DNA of 39,945 nt from Acidobacteriota bacterium. Lineage in GTDB: Bacteria > Acidobacteriota > Blastocatellia > RBC074. Shown here in pieces: positions 20,176 through 27,418 of the stretch. Position 1 is the first letter of the stretch. The number at the start of each line of letters is the position of its first letter. The notes under the pieces are model-generated. The model saw only the letters and a list, made by a program, of their open reading frames with translations. It did no database searches and was not told where the DNA came from. Position numbers and translations under genes: made by a program. Location: positions 1-39,945 of the forward strand of contig JBEIMN010000001.1 in the NCBI GenBank assembly GCA_040378705.1, written 5' to 3'.

Positions 20176-21495
20176 ATGAAATTTCTGGCGCGTGAAGAGA
20201 CGATTGCCCCACCGGGTTTCAATCGCTGGCTGGTTCCACCGGCGGCAATCGCGGTTCATATGTGCATTGGCGAAGTCTACGGATTCTCCGTCTTCAACGT
20301 CCCCCTAACCCGTGCCGGGGGGAATTGGACGATCCCGGAAGTAGGGTGGATCTACTCGATCGCGCTCTGCATGCTTGGGTTGTCGGCCGCCTTGTTCGGA
20401 AAGTGGGTCGAGCGGAGCGGCCCCCGTAAAACAATCGTCGCCAGTTGCGTCTGCTTCTGTGGCGGGCTGCTGATCAGTGCCCTCGGGGTGAAGCTCGAGA
20501 GCATCTGGCTGCTCTATCTTGGCTACGGTGTGATTGGTGGGATCGGGCTCGGGCTTGGCTATATTGCACCGGTCTCGACATTGATGAAGTGGTTTCCTGA
20601 CCGGCCAGGTATGGCAACTGGCATGGCGATCATGGGTTTCGGCGGCGGAGCGCTGATCGGGGCTCCCGTCGGCGTCAGGCTCATGGACTACTTCAAATCC
20701 GCGACCTCGGTCGGAGTCGCCGAAACTTTTGTGGTCATGGCCCTGCTCTATGCGCTCTTCATGCTCTTTGGGGCGATCATCGTTCGGGTTCCCGATGATG
20801 ACTGGAGACCAGCCGGGCGGAGACTGCCACAAGAGATCACCCCGCGCATCACTGGTCAGGGGATCGGAGTGGACCGCGCATGGAAAACTCCGCAGTTCTG
20901 GCTTTTATGGGTAGTGCTCTGCATGAACGTCAGCGCCGGCATTGGAATTCTTGGCCAGGCGTCAAAGATGTGTTCGGATATGTTCGGTGTCAGTGCGGCG
21001 GTTGGCGGCGGGTTCGCGGGTTTGTTGAGCATTTTCAACATGGGTGGCAGATTCTTCTGGTCGTCGATCTCCGATCACATCGGGCGACGGAGGGTGTACC
21101 AGATCTATTTTCTGCTCGGGGCGGTGCTCTATTGCCTGGTTCCACGGACGCAACAGACTCAGAACAGAATGCTTTTTGTCCTGGTGACCGCGGTCATCAT
21201 CACGATGTACGGCGGAGGGTTCGCAACGATCCCCGCCTATCTGCGCGATCTTTTTGGGACCTATCAAGTCGGAGCAATTCACGGCCGGCTCATCACTGCC
21301 TGGTCGGTTGCCGCGATCATCGGGCCAACGCTTGTCAACTATATCTCGACGGCAAGGATCAGAAGCGGAGTTCCGCCGCCAGAGGCATACAATACGACCA
21401 TGTATCTGATGGCCGGATTGCTGGTGATTGGTTATCTCGCCAATATGCTGGTCAAACCGCTTCGGGTTGAAAAGTTTCCGAGGACTCAGGAATGA
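20176..21495 (+). CDS. MFS transporter, oxalate/formate antiporter (OFA) family type
   Basis: 439 aa and about 12 predicted hydrophobic helices. The N-terminus FNRWLVPPAAIAVHMCIGEVYGFSVF is typical of OFA-family members. Confidence 0.8.
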   Translation: MKFLAREETIAPPGFNRWLVPPAAIAVHMCIGEVYGFSVFNVPLTRAGGNWTIPEVGWIYSIALCMLGLSAALFGKWVERSGPRKTIVASCVCFCGGLLISALGVKLESIWLLYLGYGVIGGIGLGLGYIAPVSTLMKWFPDRPGMATGMAIMGFGGGALIGAPVGVRLMDYFKSATSVGVAETFVVMALLYALFMLFGAIIVRVPDDDWRPAGRRLPQEITPRITGQGIGVDRAWKTPQFWLLWVVLCMNVSAGIGILGQASKMCSDMFGVSAAVGGGFAGLLSIFNMGGRFFWSSISDHIGRRRVYQIYFLLGAVLYCLVPRTQQTQNRMLFVLVTAVIITMYGGGFATIPAYLRDLFGTYQVGAIHGRLITAWSVAAIIGPTLVNYISTARIRSGVPPPEAYNTTMYLMAGLLVIGYLANMLVKPLRVEKFPRTQE

Positions 21496-21602
21496 AACGT
21501 GTTCTGGTAATTCTTGTCTGGCTGGTGGTCTCAGCGCCGCTCGCCTGGGGTATCTATCAATCGATACAAAAATCCATGCCGCTCTTCACCGGATTGCGCT
21601 GA
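21492..21602 (+). CDS. Candidate 36-aa single-pass membrane protein (MFS-associated small subunit type)
   Basis: My own translation, since it falls below the track cut-off: MKRVLVILVWLVVSAPLAWGIYQSIQKSMPLFTGLR. Its ATG overlaps the MFS stop codon (ATGA, 21492-21495). It contains one hydrophobic helix and is followed by a terminator at 21660. Confidence 0.5.
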   Translation: MKRVLVILVWLVVSAPLAWGIYQSIQKSMPLFTGLR

Positions 21603-21659
21603 CGCACCTTCGCGCTCTTTAGCGGGAGCTTTGGCAGTCTGTAAAATAGATACAAGAAA

Positions 21660-21689
21660 GGGAGGTGTCACGAGACATCTCCCTTTTTT
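21660..21689. terminator. Bidirectional rho-independent terminator (MFS operon on +, tRNA-Arg on -)
   Basis: GGGAG-G-TGTC (21660-21669), ACGA loop, GACA-T-CTCCC (21674-21683), then TTTTTT (21684-21689). The minus-strand reading is followed by TTTCTT. Confidence 0.75.
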
Positions 21690-21698
21690 ATTGAAACC

Positions 21699-21775
<77 letters not shown>

Positions 21776-21791
21776 AAATCGAAGAAAACGT

Positions 21792-21820
21792 ATATTGCCA
21801 CCTGACGGGCAAACTGTCAA
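21792..21820 (-). promoter_or_regulatory. Sigma-70-type promoter of tRNA-Arg
   Basis: Minus strand TTGACA (21820-21815), a 17-nt spacer, then CAATAT (21797-21792). This puts the start site about 10 nt upstream of the mature tRNA 5' end. Confidence 0.55.
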
Positions 21821-21915
21821 CCATTCTGATATTTTCTGCGTCCTTGTCATCCTGGTCGGCAGCGGCAAGGCGATGATCGTTCGACTTTTTATGAAATCTC
21901 CCCTACTCTTCCTCC

Positions 21916-22662
21916 ATGAGATTGAAGCCTGGCAAAGAGCGGCTGGATAAATTGATGGTCATCCGTGGTCTGGTCGAAACGAGGACGAAGGCGCAGGCAC
22001 TGATTCTGGCTGGTCAGGTCTTTTCAAAGGAGCAGCGACTTGAGAAGGCCGGGCTCGAAGTGTTGGTCGACATCGAGCTGACGATTCGTGAGCCGTTGCC
22101 GTATGTCAGTCGCGGCGGACTGAAGCTGGCGGCGGCATTGGACCATTTCCAGGTCGACGTGCGCGATCTCCTGTGCCTCGACATTGGGGCATCGACCGGC
22201 GGCTTTACAGACTGCCTGTTGCAGCGTGGAGCGCGGCGCGTTGTTGCGCTCGACGTTGGACACGGGCAGATCGACTGGAAACTTCGTCAGGATCCACGAG
22301 TCGAGGTGCGTGAGAATGTCAACGCACGATATCTGCGTCCTGACGAGTTCAGTGAACGCTTTGATCTTGTCGTCGCCGATGTCTCCTTCATCTCACTGAC
22401 CAGGATTCTGCCGGTAGTGCCAGCTCTGATCAGGCCGGGAGCGACGATAATCAACCTCATCAAGCCGCAATTCGAAGTCGGGCGTGAGGAGGTTGGGCGT
22501 GGCGGAATCGTCCGCGACGAAGCCGCCCAGCTTCGTGTTGTGGGCGAGATCAGCCGATTTGTCGAGACTCTTGGGTGGCGGTGCGTCGGTGTCATCGACT
22601 CGCCAATCTTCGGCGCCGATGGAAACCGCGAATTTCTTGGCTGCTTCATTAGTCCTGAATGA
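21916..22662 (+). CDS. tlyA: TlyA-family rRNA (cytidine-2'-O)-methyltransferase
   Basis: 248 aa. S4-like N-terminus (RLDKLMVIRGLVETRTKAQALILAGQV) and FtsJ-type SAM motif (DIGASTGGFTDCLLQRGARRVVALDVG). Confidence 0.85.
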   Translation: MRLKPGKERLDKLMVIRGLVETRTKAQALILAGQVFSKEQRLEKAGLEVLVDIELTIREPLPYVSRGGLKLAAALDHFQVDVRDLLCLDIGASTGGFTDCLLQRGARRVVALDVGHGQIDWKLRQDPRVEVRENVNARYLRPDEFSERFDLVVADVSFISLTRILPVVPALIRPGATIINLIKPQFEVGREEVGRGGIVRDEAAQLRVVGEISRFVETLGWRCVGVIDSPIFGADGNREFLGCFISPE

Positions 22663-22686
22663 ACGGACAAATAGGGTTGGTGTCGG

Positions 22687-23715
22687 CTACTTCCCTTTTT
22701 CTCGCTCGAGCTGAGCAGGATACGTCAGACGTTCGAACGACGCCCCCTGCGGATCGACGGCCTCAACCCGTAATTTGACGAGAGATCGTCCCTTCACCGG
22801 CAAATCGACCCCAAGAAAATAGGTCGCTTTCATCCGCTCGATCATCGCATCAAGTCCGGGCCCGATCTCATCAACCGTTCGGCAGAGCAGCGCTTGTCCA
22901 CCACCAAGCGAAGCGATCCGTTCAAGTCCGCTCTGATATGCGAGATTCAGTGAGTCTGCCCGGTACGAAAGATGAAGAATGAATATTGGGACGGTAAATT
23001 TTGACAGCGACTGCGTGATCCGCGATACCTGCTCCTGTACGGCTCGATCTGAAAAGCGCCGACTCAGATCACCGGAATCGCTCGCGTTGATGACCGGATT
23101 GAGATAGTCCGCGCGATAATTGCCAATGCCGGAATCCGTAATGTAAAGCACACAGACACGAACACCGGTCTTGCTCAGGATGCCTGATGCCAACTGTGAG
23201 ACAGGTTGCAGCGTGTCGAGCAGACCAGCCTTCCCGCTGACCTCGATCGATTGGATCTGGGTCATCAGCTTAGCATAGTCGTCACTCGGCTCCTGCAACA
23301 CACGCAGCCCATCCTGCGCCCGGAGGATACCGACGAGGTAATTTGGCGGCAAGACTTTCAGCTTCTCGGCGAGGACCATCCGCGCCTGATCAACCCGCGA
23401 CAAATCATCAACGGTATCGAAGATTAGAAGGAATATGGTCGAATTTTTTGGTCCCTGAAAACTCTTAAGTGGTGTCTCACGATCGTCGAGAAAGATCTTA
23501 AAATCCTGCCGCCGCCCATCCTGCCAGTGACCGGTTTCACCATCTACCAGTACCGGCACCTTAAGGACTCCACGCGGTGCCACCTCCTCCGTTTTCTGGC
23601 CAGCTTTCTGGCCGAAACAGCTTCCGCTCAGCGTCAGCAGCAGAACTCCCACCAGCAATTGTCTATTTCTTATCTTCAAGCCAGACTTCCTTAATATTAA
23701 ATTCGTGTTACGCAA
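22687..23715 (-). CDS. Secreted VWFA-related (acidobacterial-type) domain protein with degenerate MIDAS motif
   Basis: 342 aa with a signal peptide (LLVGVLLLTLSGSCFG). An N-terminal beta segment (RRQDFKIFLDDRETPLKSFQ) precedes an alpha/beta region (IFLLIFDTVDD...VRVCVLYITDSG) resembling a VWA fold. FDTVDD replaces the canonical DxSxS. Assignment is by recollection of the family architecture only. Confidence 0.5.
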   Translation of the reverse strand: MRNTNLILRKSGLKIRNRQLLVGVLLLTLSGSCFGQKAGQKTEEVAPRGVLKVPVLVDGETGHWQDGRRQDFKIFLDDRETPLKSFQGPKNSTIFLLIFDTVDDLSRVDQARMVLAEKLKVLPPNYLVGILRAQDGLRVLQEPSDDYAKLMTQIQSIEVSGKAGLLDTLQPVSQLASGILSKTGVRVCVLYITDSGIGNYRADYLNPVINASDSGDLSRRFSDRAVQEQVSRITQSLSKFTVPIFILHLSYRADSLNLAYQSGLERIASLGGGQALLCRTVDEIGPGLDAMIERMKATYFLGVDLPVKGRSLVKLRVEAVDPQGASFERLTYPAQLEREKGK

Positions 23716-23966
23716 ACTTCAGGATCGGCCAGTTTCTCTTTTCGCCATCTTCGGAGAAGTCGGAAGCCAAAGAGTGAAAGTTGCCCATCGATAGCGCGAT
23801 AAAAAGCCTTTTTCTAATGACAGTGATCACCATTTCAGGAAACGTGAAGAAGGCAGACTTCCCTCCGGGAACGGAAAATAGTACCTGGCAGGCAATAATG
23901 GGATCTCCGGCCCGGGAGACATCAACTCTATGATGCCCGTCTTCCGCGATACCCTCTGCTCCCGGA

Positions 23967-24002
23967 ATCGATCTCTTCATCGATCTCTTCATCGATCTCT
24001 TC
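23967..24002. repeat. Perfect 12-bp tandem repeat x3 (ATCGATCTCTTC)
   Basis: Copies at 23967-23978, 23979-23990 and 23991-24002. The array ends 32 nt from the stop codon (24035-24037) of the outer-membrane barrel gene, on its downstream side. Confidence 0.95.
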
Positions 24003-24034
24003 TGGGATCACACTATTTCAGAACCATTGCTGTT

Positions 24035-27000
24035 TTAGAAAAGAATGCGGAGACCGACCTGCATGACACGCCCTCCGGTCGACCCAATGATCCGTCCGGA
24101 ATTGAGGTTTGGATTCTCCTCTGACCCGATGCGTGTATCCGGGTCGTTGAGATTGCTCTGGTTGGGAAAATTGAAGGCCTCGGTCACAAACTCGAGCGAG
24201 GTATCGGATGTCAGCTCGATCCGTTTGGTCAGAGAGAGATGATGGAACTGCTCACCGGGATTCCGCAATTGCGGGTGGGTTCGGGGGCCGTTGCCAAGCG
24301 TAAAATCGTCCGGCTGTGAGAATGCCTCCGGATTGAACCACCGCTCGGCGGTCTGATTCTCAACGTTTGGATTGACGCCAGGAACCAGATTGACGCGCAA
24401 GTTTCCGACGACTCCTCCGGTTCGATTGAACAACGGACGGAGGATTAGCGGCGTGCCGCCACGTATCGTCGTCAAACCACTCAGGCTCCAGCCACCAAGA
24501 AAGCGCGCCATAAACTCATCATCGGAAAAAAGCCATTTCCCCTTCCCGAAGGGCAGCTCATAGGTATAACTGAACTGCAGGCTCTGGCGAATATCCGAAG
24601 CTGAGAGCGACCACTCCTCGCTGATATTGCCGGGATCCTGCGGCACACCACTCGAATAGTCGTCGAGGACACGGGCAAAACGGTAGATGGCGCGACCGAA
24701 AAGTCCGCCCGTCAGCCGTTGATCCATGGTGACGGTGAATGAGTGGCCCTCCGCCTCGCCGGCCGGATAGAGTCCGCCGAGATCAAGGTTGCGGTACTGT
24801 GGATACGGGCGGAGCGAGTTGCGAAAGCTGTCGTCGTAGAGAAGCTCGCCATATTTGAGGTTCTCAAGCGGAACGGCGTTGAGACGAACCAGCCCATCGA
24901 CGAAAACGTTATGGTTGCGCCAGCCGTTGTAGCGCGCCTCGATAGCCATCGAGTTCGGCAGTTCGCGCTGCAGACTGACGCTCCACTGATGGTTGGAGGG
25001 AAGATTGCCGGAACGATCGACATAGTCGGCGTCGGTTCCGTTGGCGGCAGTCGATTCGAGATAGGGTGGACGCTGAAAATTCTGTGGCAGTCCATTGCGT
25101 AGATACAGGGCCGGCTCGAGCTGTTCGTTGCGGGAAAAGAAGACTGGAGAGGCGTTAAAGCCCTGGGTGCCAAAATGGCGGCCGTAGAGGGGGTAGTTGT
25201 CGTAGGTCAGATTATAGTTGATCCGGACAACGGTTCTCCGGTCATTCCACGGATTGACAGCGAGTCCAAAGCCGGGCTCGGCGCGGACTGTTTTCGGCTG
25301 AAGAGCGCGGCCGACGCCGTTCAGCCCGGCAAAGATCAGCGCGCCGGGGCGGTTGTTCGCCGGGTTGATCCGATCGAGCGAAACGGTCGATTGGCGGTTA
25401 TATTTCTCGACGCGCGGTGTCGCCGTTTCAACGCTGAGCGTAAATGTCGCCGTCCAGCCCGGACGCAGGCGGTACTGATCACTCAGATTGATTTCGTAGA
25501 AATTGTTGCTGTAATAAGACGGTTGCGTGATCACCCCCTGCTCGGCGCGATACGCCATGCCAAGCAGGAATGAGGCGAAGGTGCTTCCGGTATTGCGGAC
25601 ACCGGGCAGACCGGTCAGCGTGTTTCCAAAGTAGAAGATTCCAGCCGGATAGGTCGGACTGAACGAATTGGCAAACCGGCGCTGGCCATAACCCGTCAGG
25701 GTAAAATTGTGCTCCTTGCGGTTGATGGCAATGGTCGTCGAACCGGTATAGACATAGTTACGGTCACGAAAGATCGCCGTCTGTGGACCGATCGGCAGAT
25801 ACTGATTGAGGTAGAAGCGTGGAAAGAACTTCGAGGAGGTTCCGCCGATACCCAACCGGGCCGGGTGATCAGTAGAATCCCCACTCGCCGTCGAGGCCGC
25901 CCCGCTGTAGGATGCCGAACCGCGAAAAGTGAGCACGATCTGCGGCGAGGCGGTGTAGTTGTGCTGATAGACAAGGCTGCCGTTGTCAAACGTATAGTTT
26001 GGGGCGCCTGGATTGGCCGGTCCGGGGAAGAGTTCCGGTGATTTGCGCAATCCGCGTGAATAGTTGAGCGAGAGGCTCATCTGCTGCTTCTTTGTCAGCG
26101 CGTGGTCGAGCTTCGAGATGATCCCGTCAGCCCGATTTTCGAATGGTGAATTGACCCAGTAATTGTTGAGCAGGTATGGACCAATCGAAGCGTTCGAGCG
26201 CGGATATGTCGTCAGCAACGCCCGTGCAACCGGATCGAGACGCGCCAGCGGAACTCTGTTTCCGGGGAAGGGATCGCGTATATATTGAAGATTGTCGGTC
26301 GAGACCGGCATGGTCGAATCATAATTGGGGTTGAGTCGGGTCGTCGCCGGGTCATAGATGGTGATTGGCTGCCCGGCGCTGTCGACCAGATCAGAGAAGT
26401 CGCCGCCGCGCTGGCGATCTGTTGGAAGCGTCAGCAGGGTGCTCTGCGCGATTCGCTCGCGCGTACCCTCGAACGAGAAGGAGAAGAAGGTTCGCCCCCG
26501 TCCGTCGTAAAGCCAGGGGAGCCGCACCGGCCCGCTGACCGTCGCGCCGTACTGATTGCGGCGCAGCAGGCTCTTGTTCCCTCCGGCCTGCCTCACCTGA
26601 TGCGGGATGGCATCCATGATGTCGTTGCGAAGGTTCTCGTAGAGACGGCCAGTCAGGCTGTTCTGTCGTCCCCCAACCATCGACTTGCCGTTTGCCCCGC
26701 CGCTGAGCTTGCCAATCTGAAGCCGAAACTCATCGAGGGCACGTTGCAACTCGGGTGGCCGCTTCTGCGCGGCTGAAGCCTGACTGGCGGCTGGTACAGC
26801 CGTCGCGTCGGAATTCGTGCCCGAATCGGCGGGTGCATTCGGGGCGGGATCTGCTTCCACTTTCTTCACGCGAACCGGGCCCGGAGTCGGCGCGGGGGTT
26901 CCTGACGTTAATGACGGAGTCCCGGCCTGGCTACCCTGACTATTTTGATCACCATACCCGGCCAGGGCAACAGCAGGTTCAATGACACTCCCCAGCCCAA

Positions 27001-27061
27001 TGACACTTCCCAGAATAATCACGTAAATAATGGCACGAAGAAATCTGATCTCTAGTTTCAT
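24035..27061 (-). CDS. Large TonB-dependent-receptor-like outer-membrane beta-barrel protein with a low-complexity N-terminus
   Basis: 1008 aa. A signal/TM segment is followed by about 90 aa of Pro/Ser/Ala/Gly-rich sequence. Then come segments typical of acidobacterial TBDR barrels (GRLYENLRNDIMDA, RRNQYGATVSGPV, RTFFSFSFEGTRE) and a C-terminal aromatic residue (VGLRILF). Confidence 0.7.
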   Translation of the reverse strand: MKLEIRFLRAIIYVIILGSVIGLGSVIEPAVALAGYGDQNSQGSQAGTPSLTSGTPAPTPGPVRVKKVEADPAPNAPADSGTNSDATAVPAASQASAAQKRPPELQRALDEFRLQIGKLSGGANGKSMVGGRQNSLTGRLYENLRNDIMDAIPHQVRQAGGNKSLLRRNQYGATVSGPVRLPWLYDGRGRTFFSFSFEGTRERIAQSTLLTLPTDRQRGGDFSDLVDSAGQPITIYDPATTRLNPNYDSTMPVSTDNLQYIRDPFPGNRVPLARLDPVARALLTTYPRSNASIGPYLLNNYWVNSPFENRADGIISKLDHALTKKQQMSLSLNYSRGLRKSPELFPGPANPGAPNYTFDNGSLVYQHNYTASPQIVLTFRGSASYSGAASTASGDSTDHPARLGIGGTSSKFFPRFYLNQYLPIGPQTAIFRDRNYVYTGSTTIAINRKEHNFTLTGYGQRRFANSFSPTYPAGIFYFGNTLTGLPGVRNTGSTFASFLLGMAYRAEQGVITQPSYYSNNFYEINLSDQYRLRPGWTATFTLSVETATPRVEKYNRQSTVSLDRINPANNRPGALIFAGLNGVGRALQPKTVRAEPGFGLAVNPWNDRRTVVRINYNLTYDNYPLYGRHFGTQGFNASPVFFSRNEQLEPALYLRNGLPQNFQRPPYLESTAANGTDADYVDRSGNLPSNHQWSVSLQRELPNSMAIEARYNGWRNHNVFVDGLVRLNAVPLENLKYGELLYDDSFRNSLRPYPQYRNLDLGGLYPAGEAEGHSFTVTMDQRLTGGLFGRAIYRFARVLDDYSSGVPQDPGNISEEWSLSASDIRQSLQFSYTYELPFGKGKWLFSDDEFMARFLGGWSLSGLTTIRGGTPLILRPLFNRTGGVVGNLRVNLVPGVNPNVENQTAERWFNPEAFSQPDDFTLGNGPRTHPQLRNPGEQFHHLSLTKRIELTSDTSLEFVTEAFNFPNQSNLNDPDTRIGSEENPNLNSGRIIGSTGGRVMQVGLRILF

Positions 27062-27200
27062 CCCTGATACCCCAATTCATATGGAGCCACTCACGCGAAG
27101 AGAATGCGAGATTCGGTGTTTTTATGCTTGCCCCTCACGCCTGATAACCGCGAGATCAGCTCAATAATCGCCATTCTCTTCGCCTGAGCAGATACATCTT

Positions 27201-27220
27201 TATTAATATCTATTAATGTC
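27201..27220. repeat. 10-bp tandem repeat x2 (TATTAATRTC) in an AT-rich divergent promoter region
   Basis: tattaatatc tattaatgtc (9/10 identical). Confidence 0.85.
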
Positions 27221-27418
27221 TCAAATTGGCGGATGCTCTGTCCGTCGGGTAAACATATCAACAGGCACCTGATTTTTGCACAGTGGTCTGACCAAGTATA
27301 GTTAAAAATCCTTAAATTCATGCTTAATTTAACGTATCGATGTTCCGGATTGAAGTATGGATATGCTAATTTCCGATGCTTGAGAATCTTGAATTGATCA
27401 ATCTTCAAAGGAGTTGCC

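Noticed and set aside
23708-23992. 94-aa minus-strand ORF (MKRSMKRS...) between the barrel gene and the VWA-like gene.
   Set aside because: Its start is generated by the 12-bp tandem repeat. It overlaps the VWA-like start codon and shows no motifs or clear SD. I cannot exclude a small protein, but there is no positive evidence.
27263-27280. Sigma-54-like element aGGCACctgatttTTGCA upstream of the PafA-like gene, and the TGGCA strings in the yajQ repeat array.
   Set aside because: The GG-to-GC spacing is 12 nt rather than the required 10. In the yajQ array the -12 position reads GGC/GGT rather than TTGC. Intragenic TGGCAC hits (for example 9374 and 12510) also fail at the -12 element.
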